Of a stretch of 64,000 nucleotides of DNA, positions 50,304 through 64,000 are shown in pieces (position 1 is the first letter of the stretch; each line of letters starts with the position of its first letter). The notes beneath the pieces were generated by a model. The model did not search any database and was not told the DNA's origin. It saw nothing but the letters and a program-made list of their open reading frames with translations. A program made the position numbers and the translations under genes. The DNA comes from Chrysomallon squamiferum (lineage: Eukaryota; Animalia; Mollusca): positions 15,066,001 to 15,130,000 of the forward strand of contig CM022678.1 in assembly GCA_012295275.1 (NCBI GenBank), in the 5' to 3' direction.

Positions 50304-51583
50304 GTTGTTATTATTGTTGTTGTTGTCGTCGTCGTCGACGATTTTATTAATTGTTTTTGTTTTTGCTTTACATGTAATATAATTTTTATAAAAGTTTATG
50401 TATTTATTTTTAATGTAGTTTTTGTCGGCGCATATGCTACTGTGTGTGTTTGTATGTGTTTGTGTGTGCATTTTTCTGTTTTCATGAATGGATACGTATG
50501 ATTGTGTGTGTGTTTTTGTGTGCATTTATGCATGCATGTTCAGATATATGTTGTAATATCACAGCAAATAGTATCATATCACATATCCACATATCCACAT
50601 ATTATATTTATAAGGGTTTAACATTTATTATTATAGCTATTGAAAACCATACAAAACTGCCGTAAATACACTTTTCTCAAGCGAGTCTTAATAACAACAT
50701 AAACTATTTTCTTATTAATATTTGCAAATAGAATCTTTTCTAAAGATCTTTTCATATGTCTCTAAGGACTATCAGCGTTTCAGCTTTGTTGTTTTGTTGT
50801 TTTCGTAAGTACAAAGTCTTTCCTACCAGTAGTACCAAAGACTGCTCTGTTTATGTTTTCATATAATCTGCTGTAGACGTGTGATAAAACATTCCACTTG
50901 ATGTTTGTGTATTTGAAACGTCTTTTGTATCTTCAGCCTATAAGATTGTAATAATCAGTTGGTTAATTAGATTTTTCAAATCACATTTAAATCGCATGTT
51001 AATGTATGATCCGAATACATGATCTATATATGTATTTCATTTTATATTAATAAACTTATGAATTATTTTATTCTTAACTTCATAATCTCTCTCATTCTCA
51101 GAAATTCACGCGTACGTTTGCGCTCTCAAATACAAGCTCACACATATACAATTTCAAGATACAAACATGTATAATTATTAGTATACATAAGCTTGTATGT
51201 GTATACTGTCTTTCACCGTGTAGATGCGTGAGCGTGCGCGTGCGCGTGTTCATACATGAATGTGAGCGTTATAACGGTAGTATAATAGTGATTCAATTAG
51301 TTAAAGTGTTTAGATATATCACTGTCGTTTGTTCCTTTGAGCTGGTAGACGTTTTGTCAGGTGTAGTCTTTGCTATCTCAGTAGGTGTACCTTGATAATT
51401 CACCCGACAAAACACAGAGGACAATACAGGCAGTTCGTTTTGAAATGAACAGAATGCGACAGACTTGTCAATAGTTAATGATATGCAGCCAGTGTGAGCG
51501 CTGCGGTGAGCGATATAAACAGTTAGTAACTAAGCGGACGACAGAGTTTCATACAGTTCGGCAAGAAGAGAAGTTTAAACAAA

Positions 51584-51727
51584 ATGGAGGATTCTACTTC
51601 AAGAAGATCAGTAATTGATGCTTTGGAGCGGATGTCGGACAAACTGGAGGTCGTAGAAAACGAACAGGTTCGGATGAACGGACGCATAGGTCGTTTGGAA
51701 GAAAGCTTGTACGGAGAAAAGAGTCAA
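51584..51727 (+). CDS. Probable first coding exon (coiled-coil-like, MEDSTSRRSVIDALERMSDKLEVVENEQVRMNGRIGRLEESLYGEKSQ); may belong to the gene at 53292-54862
   Basis: Good start context AAAATGG, coding-like composition, and a perfect GTAAGT donor at 51728. Joining it to 53292 needs an intermediate phase 0-to-2 exon; one candidate is ~52316-52335. Confidence 0.55.
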
Positions 51728-52632
51728 GTAAGTTTAAAACATTTGTACAGATTTAGTCACAACAATTTACACCAAGAGATACGACAGACGAAATGAAACA
51801 AAATACACGTAAATTCAGTCATAACTTTTTTTTTTTTTTAATTACAAAGTGTTCCACAAAAATCCAGCTCAAGAAACTTGATTATTTTACTATCTCGATT
51901 TAAACAAGAACAAAAATGTCACCTTTCCTTTCAGAATTGCTAGATAGAAAATCTGAATTAATCTATTACATTCGACCAACAACCAACTGTTAAGTATCGG
52001 CAACACAATTCGGGTAATGCATGCGCATTATTTTGAAACAGGTTTTATTAAAAATAATATATCTTCGAAATATATTATTAATACAGTTTATTATATATAT
52101 GTGCAAATATTATTATTATTTCAGAAGTACAAGCATTTGTATAAATAAAAATTCTTACTTATGGCGTAGACTGACAGAAGCTTTAAGACCATGAACACAG
52201 AAGTCCATAAATATCTTTCTAACATTACTCAATCTTTAAATAATTATTTTATTATCTCAAGAAGAAGTTGCTTTTCAGTCTGACTTTCCGATGAGATCCT
52301 GACAAAACGTTTTAGCATTCGTTCTTGAGAAGACAGTGAGAAAACAGCTCTGACTGATAGTAATTAGTTAAGTTGTGTAAGAGAAGAAAACGCAGCACAG
52401 TGTATTACTAAAAACACAATACCTGTGTGTGCGTGTTTAAAATAACAAATTAAAGAGGTTGACTGGATCATCATTTAACAGTTCAACACGTTGACAGTTA
52501 TCTCGTGTACATCAGTCTACAGATCACTGCACGTTCTGTATTACAAGTAGTAGTAAATGTATTGCATTACTCTCTGTGTACATTCATACAGTGTACGTCC
52601 ACACTGATAAACCTGTATTCCGAATTAAGTGT

Positions 52633-52779
<147 letters not shown>

Positions 52780-53116
52780 CTACATATGTTTTGCTATGGA
52801 CTAATAAAATGATTCGAAAGCTGTTCATAAATAAGGTAGATATTATAATAAATCTATTTCCGTTTAGACAGAGAATAAAATAGTGTGCATGCAAAATTGT
52901 GTTGCTGGTACTTTTCAGTTCGATTGCAACTTCTTGGAAAAGGTTATTATACTCAATTAATTTGGACATTCTGTTACGTCATTTATAACTTTGTTTTTGT
53001 CTTTATATTATAATTTTAATTAACTTGTACTGTATTAAAATTTGAAAGAGAAACTCAAAGAGATACTGAGATTTTGAAAGAGACAGATAGACATATAGTT
53101 ATGACATAGAGTTATG

Positions 53117-53205
<89 letters not shown>

Positions 53206-53291
53206 AGTTTAAATTTCAAAAGCATTGTCACTTTAACTCGTTGAAAAATATATAATCTGCACAACTTAATTTTATCAGGTATTTATTACAG

Positions 53292-54862
<1,571 letters not shown>

Positions 54863-55043
54863 ACAACTGTGACAACAACATTAACAACCTCAGCGTAGAC
54901 AACGTACACACAAACGTTCTGTAGTAGATTTAAATAAAGCCCAAGAATATTATTTTGTGTTTTAAAAGTGTTCTTAAAATAAATTTCTAAAGTATAATGG
55001 TTGTAATTTATTATTATTAATATTATATTTTACTTTTATAGTC

Positions 55044-55114
<71 letters not shown>

Positions 55115-55397
55115 AAATATCTGACATTCTCTCACATCCTCTTATTATACTTAGTTTGAATTTTCGTAACAGAAATATATTACATTTCATTAAACTTTTT
55201 ACAATAAATTAACCCCAGTTTTTATATAATTATGTCACGTGAAAATATATGGTCTCAACGTGTTAAGAAAACTCCATAATATTAAATAATAATAATAAAA
55301 AAAAAAAAAAAAAAAAAAAAAATCGTACAAGGGAGATAACCGAGATATATTTGTTTATTGAAAGCCTTTTTAACAAACTGATAGTGAGACACTGTAT

Positions 55398-58300
55398 TCA
55401 AACCCTGCACGTACTCGACAAAGTCTCACAGCGCTTCAGACTGTCATCCCACGACTGGTACAGCGGACACGGTCTGTTGTCGTACAGGTATCCGCCCACA
55501 CACGACGCGTACACGAAACATCCCTGGCAGGACTGGAAGTCGCCGTTTCCCAGACCGAGGCAACTTGAAATGCAGACCGGCCTCGGCGACGTGGCGCTGA
55601 GAGGACTTGTGGTTTGCGACTGCGCGCTGGTTGGCGAGGTCACGCTCGAACCCGATGTCGTAGGCGACGTGACCGATGTCGCAGATGTTCCCGAAGTCAC
55701 GCAGGTGTTTGATGACGTACTGCACGCCCTGGTGGTGTCGTCCCAGTATTCGTTCATAGGACACGGTCGATTGTCGTAGAGCAGACCGCTGACACAGGAC
55801 GCGTAGACGAAACAGCTCTGACAGGACTGGTAGTCTCCGTCCGAGAGTCCAGAACAGCTGGAAATACACCCTGGGCGGACTGACGTCGCGCTCGTTATGC
55901 TGGACGTCAGCGACTGTGGACTGGTAGCAGACGTCACACTAGTTAACGACGTCGTAGGCGATGTAATGGACGTTGCAGATGTCGTACATGTAGATGACTC
56001 GTTGTTGCATGCTCTGAGGATGTCGTCCCAGTATTCGTTGCCAGGGCAAGGCCGATTGTCGTAAGTAATTCCGCCGACGCAGGACACGTACACTGTGCAG
56101 CCCTGGCAAGAAGCGTAGTCTCCATCTCTGAAACCAATACAGCTTGACAAACACGACGGCCTGGGTGAGGTAGGGCTCGTCGCCGACGTCTGACTTGTCA
56201 TTGACGTCGGGCTTGTTACGCTGGTGGCGCTGGTGGCGCTGGTGGCGCTGGTTAGAGAAGTAGGACTAGTAGGCGATGTGACACTTGTCTGTGATGTGGC
56301 GCTAGTCGCTGACGTAGCGCTGGTTGGTGATGTCGCACTAGTTATACTTGTTTGTGATTGGACACTAGTTGGTGATGTCACACTAGTAGCCGATGTGGCG
56401 CTAGTTGGTGATGTCGCACTAGTTATACTTGTTTGTGATTGGACACTAGTTGGTGATGTCACACTAGTAGCGGATGTGGGGCTAGTTGGTGATGTCGCAC
56501 TAGTTATACTTTGTTGTGACTGGACACTAGTTTGTGATCTAGGACTAGTCGCCGAGGTAGCGCTAGTTGGAGATGTTTGACTAGTTATACTAGTTTGAGA
56601 CTGGACACTAGTTTGTGATCTAGGACTAGTCGCCGAGGTAGCGCTAGTTGGAGATGTTTGACTAGTTATACTAGTTTGAGACTGGACACTAGTTTGTGAT
56701 CTAGCACTAGTCGCCGAGGTAGCGCTAGTTGGAGATGTTTGACTAGTTATACTAGTTTGAGACTGGACACTAGTTTGTGATCTAGCACTAGTCGCCGAGG
56801 TAGCGCTAGTTGGAGATGTTTGACTAGTTATACTAGTTTGAGACTGGACACTAGTTGGTGAAGTCATACTAGTCGCCGAGGTAGCGCTAGTTAATGATGT
56901 TGGACTGGTTACGCTAGTTTGTGACGTCATGCTGGTAGCTGATGTAGCGCTAGTCAGTGACGTAGGGCTTGTTGCACTCGTTTGTGATGTTATACTGGTC
57001 GCTGACGTTGCGGAAGTGGCACTGGTTGCCGATGTCGGTGATGTCGCAGACGTTGGAGATGTTACGCAGGTATTGGATGTGGAAGAACATGATCTCAAGA
57101 CGTCGTCCCAGGCTTGTCCAGCAGCACAAGGACGGTTGTCGATGATTAAGCCGTTGACGCAGGTGGCGTACACGCTGCAGCCCTGACACGACTGATAGTC
57201 TCCGTCCATCAGACCACTGCAGCTACTGATACACGTCGGCCGGGGACTTGTCGGGCTCGTTGCACTCGTGGCTGATGTCGCACTGGTTGCAGATGTTACT
57301 GACGTGGCCGACGTCGGACTCGTTGTCGTGGTAAATGACGTCATTGACGTGGGGCTGGTTCCAGAAGACGGGCTGGTTGTTCCAGATGTTTGACTCTGTT
57401 GTGAGGTCAGGCTTGTGGCAGACGTCGCGCTGGTTGCTGACGTAGCGCTGGTTCGTGACGTCATGCTTATAGCTGACGTAGCACTGGTCGGAGATGTTGG
57501 TGAAGTCGGCGAAGTGGCTCTGTAAAAATATGTGAATAATAATAACAATCATTTAAATACAATTGGTAAAATAAAGTGTCCGGCACTGAATACCCTGAAC
57601 AAATATGAATTAGACGAGGTATAGCAGATTATGTTACAGAAACATTTTTGCTACCGGGCATTTCGATATCACCTTTTCTTTACCAAACTGTTGTTAGAGA
57701 ATCAGTTTCAGTGTCACCCTGGACCTTGTAAAGAATTATTTTATCTTAGAAAGACGCCGTGGTTGTCACTACCGCTCTCTACAATCTTACATCAGTTCGT
57801 TGAGCTTAAACAACCAGTAAAATGCTTCCTTGCAGAGACAGCTGACAACGCCGTTCAAGATATTACATCATTTTGATGACGTTTAAGCAACCAACAAAAA
57901 TCACTCTTCGCAAAGACAACTTCTTATAACTTCTTATAAAAGTATTTCCAGTCACAAAATGGACTTAAACGTAGAAAAATGGTTTGTTAACGAAACACAC
58001 TTTTAAGGAAATTAATGTAATAAAACGTTCAGTAACAGAAATTTTGTAACCAAACGTGCTGCACGATTTACTTATCCAACATAATAAAACATATAAATGT
58101 TATTATTATTTGTCATATTTGCTCACCTTATCAGCATATCAATAATGTTTCCTGTGATGAAAGGTAAGAATAGGTTATATATATATATATCAGATGTAAC
58201 CGAACCCGATATTGGCTTTTCATAACAATTCAGGTTCGGTTACATATCGGCCACCCTGAATATATATAATAAGAAAAATAACCTATTCTTACCTTTCATC

Positions 58301-58673
58301 ACTAATTACACTACAGGAAACATTATTAATGAAAATATTAATTAATTAATCCCTGATATTTTGAGGTAAATGAATTAACTTAGTTTAGATTTACCTGCAG
58401 TCTGCAAGATGTGAAAACGTGCAGACGCCGATCACGGCGTCGTAGTGCAGTGTTGGAGAACACGGCAGGATCATCGTAGTGGCGCTGGTACACACGACGA
58501 ACTGGGTACAAGACCCGCAGTGCGGGTACTGCGCCTGCAACACCTGACCTGCACAGTCATTTATACACGTGGGAAATACTGAAATAATAATAATAATAAT
58601 AGTAATAGTAATAGTAATAATAATAGTAATAGTAATAGTAATAATAATAGTAATAGTAATAATAATAATAATA

Positions 58674-58704
<31 letters not shown>

Positions 58705-59374
58705 TAGTAATAATAATAATAATAATAATAGTAATAATTATAATAATAACACCAACAAAACCATAAGGACAACTAAAACAACAACCAACAAAACCAGCAG
58801 CAACTAAAACAACAAACAATAATAATAATAATAATAATAATTATTTTTAAGTCATATAAATAACTTTTTAAACTGACTCACTTGTTAATGCTACAGACGT
58901 ATGGAACCACGTGATTGATAATAAAACAAACACTGCACAAATGTAATCTTGATATTTTCGTGCCTGTAAAAAAAAAAATAATAATAATAAATAAATAAAA
59001 AAATTATATATATTAAAAATGCAAAGTTAAGATTTAGAGTATTATTAGTAGATGACTGTGATAAAAACATATTTTCTAAACATTAGACAATTACATTTAT
59101 AATTATATTATTTATGAATATTTGTAACAATACTATACACTCATCCACAAGTTGTCAATAAACAAATAAATATTTACGCATTCACACAAATAAACCTGCA
59201 AACAGACATACATACATACGTAAGTATTAACATATTTAAATATTTACACACTTAAATACATACACATACTTAATTGATCTACACATTTATATACCTATAT
59301 ATATATATATATATATACACACACATACGTATGTACGTCCATATCATTAATATAAAAGTATTTGTGCTTACCAT
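55398..59374 (-). CDS. Secreted mucin-like peritrophin with five chitin-binding type-2 (CBM14) domains and Thr/Ser-rich linkers. Exons 59374-59372 (ATG), 58963-58882, 58578-58395, 57519-55398 (796 aa)
   Basis: Signal peptide MARKYQDYICAVFVLLSITWFHTSVA. Cys-patterned domains such as CISSCSGLMDGDYQSCQGCSVYATCVNGLIIDNRPCAAGQAWDDVLRSCSSTSNTC occur four times, plus one divergent copy in exon 3. Linkers are (TSX)n. Intron phases 0, 1, 2 are consistent. Confidence 0.9.
58141..58327. mobile_element. Foldback/MITE-like element with nested inverted repeats, in intron 3 of the chitin-binding mucin
   Basis: Outer arms AATAATGTTTCCTGT-GATGAAAGGTAAGAATAGGTTAT and ATAACCTATTCTTACCTTTCATCAC-(short insert)-ACAGGAAACATTATT; inner arms ATGTAACCGAACC and GGTTCGGTTACAT. 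No clear TSD. Confidence 0.65.
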
Positions 59375-59433
59375 TTCGAACAGTATGTCACCGCCAACTG
59401 ATTTAGAGAACAAACTACTAACGTCAAGGAAAG

Positions 59434-59440
59434 TTTTATA
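59434..59440 (-). promoter_or_regulatory. TATA box of the chitin-binding mucin gene
   Basis: TATAAAA on the minus strand about 60 bp upstream of the ATG-only first exon; Inr-like TCAGTT at 59401-59396. Confidence 0.45.
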
Positions 59441-60248
59441 AGTATACCATACAAAACGCCTGGGGAGTTTGAAAATTGTGTAACATAAGTCTATCTTTAA
59501 CTGATTTTTCTCGCCGAAACAGCGTGTGAATTTTCAAAACATTTAAAAAGGTATAGTAATCTAAATCCAAATTTCAGTTAAAAAACCAATATATTTTATA
59601 CTGTATAATTTTAAAAATTGCTCATTAATTCCAAAGTTTGTTTCAGTTACTGTATAGCAAACTGTATATTATTAATTATATTTATTATATATAATTATTA
59701 ATTATGGATGTCTGTGTCTATCGTGTAAATTATGAAAATCATTAACCCGTGATATCTTTGAAAATCAAAGTCGTGGAAACAAAGACATTACAATGTCTGC
59801 TGTCTTAACGGAGTTTTATCAGTTCAAAGATGAATCTAGCGAGCCGAAGGCAAGATTATAATCTGTGTTCATATATCCCTTTATCTCAAACATTATGTCA
59901 TGCGAAAATTCTTAGTTTATCAAAACAGGATCTGCGTTCTGCTGAGAAAGTCTGTTATTGATTTTCAGGAGAAAAATAAATTTAGTGTTTGAATTGTTGA
60001 CGTAATATATATATATTTTCAGTTTATTTTAATGATACGAGAACTTTACTGTTATGTGCATGTTTCCGCACATAATTAGCGTCGTCAGTAAACTATTTAA
60101 AAATGTATGTATATATTACGTCATTCTGTGGTCCCGTTTTAAACGGGTTTAGTTTTTATACGTATTTGTTTCTTTGTTTTTGTTATATTGTTGTTAATTT
60201 TTGTTTTGTTTATTTTTATTTGGCTTCAGGTCAGTATAATGTATAAAC

Positions 60249-60316
60249 ATGGAAGTGGGCCTAACAAAATGTGGTAAAAGTAAGCCTATTCAGTTACTAG
60301 GGTTGATATTTTAAAC

Positions 60317-60371
<55 letters not shown>

Positions 60372-60675
60372 CTGATTGTTATTTATTTATTTATTTTTGT
60401 TTTTGTTTTTTCTTAAATCTCAGGATATCTGTCATCGTACGATGATGTACAAAGTGAAACAATTCGAATGAAAGAATGGATCCAAGAAATAGAGGCATCC
60501 GTGGAAAATGAAATACAGGTTGTCTTTCCTTGAGTTCATCTGAGCCATTTTATTTTATTGAATAATGTTTTTAGAATAATTTTTAATGTGTATTAGTAAC
60601 AGTAAAAAATCTAATGTAGTTAAAGCAGTTGAATAATAATGATAATTATAAGTAAACCAACAATCAAACAAATAA

Positions 60676-60712
<37 letters not shown>

Positions 60713-61275
60713 GTTTAAATAAGATATTTTTCTAGCCAGTTAACTTCAAAATTAATATAAAGCCGAATATGTTTTCACTTTTTATAGCTCTAAGTTTGAA
60801 ACAGCACGGGATGTTTGTTCAAAGTCTGCGAAATTAATGAGATAACTCTTACTCTTTTATTTTGCAGACGACAAATGATAAAAAATTACGTCCTTTTCTG
60901 AACTGTCTCAAAGGTTTAATTGCGACGTCGCTTTCATTTTTTGAAGTAACTAACAGTTTACAACAGCCCAGTGACTCGTCTATGCGAATGAATATCATTA
61001 AAATAAAATATCAAATTATGTTACATAAGGAACAGTATCAACTATTAAAAGCTTTGCTTCCGACAGTCAAAAATGCCTATTGCGTGAAGAAGCCCAAAAA
61101 CGAACTGTTCACTTTGTTTCGGCCATTGTCTGCTGTTACAAACGAAACGAGCAGCAGTGAAGAGTATTGTGCAATCGATAAACGTCTGCCAGTGAAAAAA
61201 AACAGCGTCAAACCGAACAAACTTAAGTCTGTCGAGAGTTACGTTTTCACGTGTTGTTTCACCGCTGTACCTTGA
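60249..61275 (+). CDS. Unknown helical protein (~177 aa). Exons 60249-60279 (or 60273), 60424-60518, 60868-61275
   Basis: MEVGLTKCGK|RYLSSYDDVQSETIRMKEWIQEIEASVENEIQ|TTNDKKLRPFLNCLKGLIATSL...TCCFTAVP*. Canonical splice sites with consistent phases 1 and 0. No family recognised. Confidence 0.65.
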
Positions 61276-61674
61276 ATTACGTCATCGCTTGTTTCACTGC
61301 TGAATCTTCAGTCGTGTTTTCATATTTATGTTGTTTCATTCCTTAACCTTGAAGCAAACACATCTCTATTTAGTTTCAAAACATTTAATCTAGAAACGGG
61401 AAATAAAATTATTTGTTTTCCTTTTTTAAATAAACCCAATAAAATTACTAACTAAATGCATGTCATTAGTAGTAAAAAAAAAAGTATATATATATATATA
61501 TATATACAGGCATGATTCAAATGTACAACCATGATGTTTTTAAAATTTAATGTTTATACAGTGCAAGCACGAATCCAGAATTGAATTCATTTAGCAATGA
61601 ATGTTTTTAATGCAACGCTATATATAATTATGAAAAATAAACTATATTAACTATGACATTTTATTTGTATAGTA

Positions 61675-61720
<46 letters not shown>

Positions 61721-62669
61721 ACATTATTTCCTATGCAAAATTATAAAAAGGACTGTACTCAGATTGCACTCAATCAAGCATGTGTATAAAATATGACAGA
61801 AAAAATAAATTATATGAATTATTTATTTAATTTAGAAAAAATACGAAAGATTAAAGAGAAAGAAAACAAATCGTCAAAAGGATGTTTCACAGGACAGTGA
61901 TGGTGTATTTCACGCAATGGAATTTTATGTGACAAGCAAATAAACAAATAATAAATTATTTAATAAATAAATAAAATTCAGTACTGCCGCAATAGGAATC
62001 TAGAGACCAACGAGTTTGAGTAACCCACCTCCGACAGTCATTGGCTACAGGTCTGGCAAGGGACACCACTCTGAATTATTTCCATTTCAATATGAGCGGT
62101 ACAAAGTGAAAAATTACAAAAATATTAAATCTGAACATCAGCTCTTTTTATTTATATGTATGTATATGTTTTGTGTAACAATCATTTATAAACAGGAGCT
62201 AACATTGGCAGTTTACGTAGATGCAGATACTTTAGATAACTCATTAACTCAATAACTGTTTATGATTTTGTCACAAAGTTTGTTTCATGTCCGTAAGTCA
62301 CTAAACGTGTTGCATGTAATATTTATATTCAGCCTTTACACAATAATCTGAAACTAGATCAGTAGTGTATTTTCTGTTGCCAGGTAATAATCTGATCATA
62401 CTCATGATACTGCTGTCTGTATATTTATAAATAATATGTACTGATGAATACTCATAACTGAAATAAAATTAAATTTTAATCTAATGAGAAGTTAACATTC
62501 AGTATCTATATTCATAATATTGAGTCATAGCATCTTATTGATTTTGAAGATGTCTTGAAAATGACCCGTTGTATAAGATTCAAAAAAACTGCAATAATTA
62601 ACTAGCAATCTAATTATTTATTATTATTATTATTTTTTATTTTTTTCAGATCTGTGGAATCAAATTAAA

Positions 62670-64000
62670 ATGTCACACTTGGTTTTCCTGCTTACACTAG
62701 TCAGTTGTGTAGTGAGAACAGACAGCAGACAAAAACAGGTTGTTGTAGTGGGAGGTGGGATTGCAGGTCTAGCAGCAGCAAGAAAAATAAAAAACTGTGA
62801 CCTGTGTGACCTGGAGGTGACAGTGTTTGAAGCAAGGCGTGACCGCTATGGTGGCAGGGTGTGGTCAGACAGGAGGAACATGCCACACGCTCGAGGTTTG
62901 TTGTACTTTTTAAACTTCAGTTTAATAATATTTTTGTATTCAATAAAAGCTCTAAGTTTGAAACAGCATGGGATTTTGTTCAAAGTCTGCAAAAATTTCA
63001 AAGCAGGTTTGAGTAACAGAAACTAAAATCAACTTTGCTTATTATGATTCTATATAAAATATTGTCTGGAAGGAAAATTTTCCATCTAACTTGTTTTGTT
63101 TATTATTTTAGTGGTTAGATTATATGTGTTTATCTCTAAAATAATTAATTTACAATAAATATCAGGATTAAAAAAATATGGTATATTTTAAAACAGCTGA
63201 ACTCGTTAATGTTAAAAAGTTACAAATATTAATAAAAATGAGGTTTTTGAGAGTAAATAATGAGGTAAGTGTATTTCAGGTGTAGAGGCAGAGTTGGGAG
63301 GTGCGGTACTAAACATGCAAGTGAAAGATAATCCCTTGATTAATCTCACGCGAACCTACGAGTTAGAAACATCAAAATTTGGAGACTTTATATTTGTCAT
63401 GTCTGATGGAAAAACTTACAGAGGGAAAGAGTTGGCTGATATTTATATTAAAGCAATCAATGTAAGTTTTATTTTTGTTGAGTTTTTATTTATTTATTTT
63501 TCACTTTTTTTTTTTTTTTTAAACTTAAGACATATATTTAATTTAGAAAAAAATGACCTGTTATTCTGCACTTACAGCTTCATGATATAGAAATTATATA
63601 GTATAAAAATATGTTTTAAACTTACTGATTTTATTTAAAATAGTTTTTAATTTTCTGTTTACAGCTGGCTTCTAAAATGAGTCTAAACAAACAGAAATTA
63701 AATAAAAATTCAACTCGGCAAATATTTATGCTTTTAAAATTCACTACAGTGAATTGTTTATCTGATATTTATTACAATTGGCTATCTGTTTATTAACTGT
63801 CTTATAATTTAGTTTGGATTTAGATTTTGATTTTGATTATTTTTGTTGAAGATCTGATGATTTAGCATTGGATTAATAGATTATAAATGTAAATATTTAC
63901 TAAGAAATGTAATTTCAGGTAGTTGCACAGGCAGTAAATCAGGTGAAGAAGTCACAGACAGACATGTCTATGCACGATGCTGTCACAAAGTGGGTAGAAG
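62670..64000 (+). CDS. Flavin-containing amine oxidase with a signal peptide (polyamine oxidase / L-amino-acid oxidase-like), 5' part only. Exons 62670-62895, 63280-63461, 63919-window end
   Basis: Hydrophobic leader MSHLVFLLTLVSCVV, then the FAD-binding motif VVVVGGGIAGLAAAR...VTVFEARRDRYGGRVWS...ELGGA. Phases are consistent. Truncated by the window. Confidence 0.88.

Noticed and set aside
55351-57186. Plus-strand ORFs rich in V/A/L/D (55351, 56224, 56929)
   Set aside because: Antisense shadows of the repetitive TSX mucin codons
57631-57876. 81 aa plus-strand ORF in the mucin intron
   Set aside because: No motif, splice or composition support

Overview
AT-rich, microsatellite-dense eukaryotic DNA with GT-AG introns, probably from an invertebrate; a mollusc or other lophotrochozoan is my inference from the gene content. 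Most ORFs in the supplied track are microsatellite artefacts. By joining exons by hand and checking phase I could support about ten spliced genes: an unknown single-pass membrane protein (-), PDCD2L (+), FAM167A-like (+), two tandem PMP22/claudin-like genes (-, one with an apparent frameshift), a calmodulin-derived EF-hand protein with a ~740 aa disordered tail (-), a small STYxxDY-motif protein (+), a secreted mucin with five chitin-binding domains (-), an unknown ~177 aa protein (+) and the 5' part of a secreted flavin amine oxidase (+). Mobile DNA comprises a TA-flanked MITE, an internally deleted Tc1/mariner element and a nested foldback element. The most unusual structure is in PDCD2L: a 38-bp tandem array copies the exon 5 splice acceptor about 12 times, each copy reads CAG|GTATGA (acceptor directly followed by a donor), and each upstream copy leads to a stop codon. 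Several unrelated minisatellites share a 19-bp period. I found no prokaryotic-type systems, CRISPR arrays, tRNAs or rRNAs. All gene models are manual and have no transcript support.
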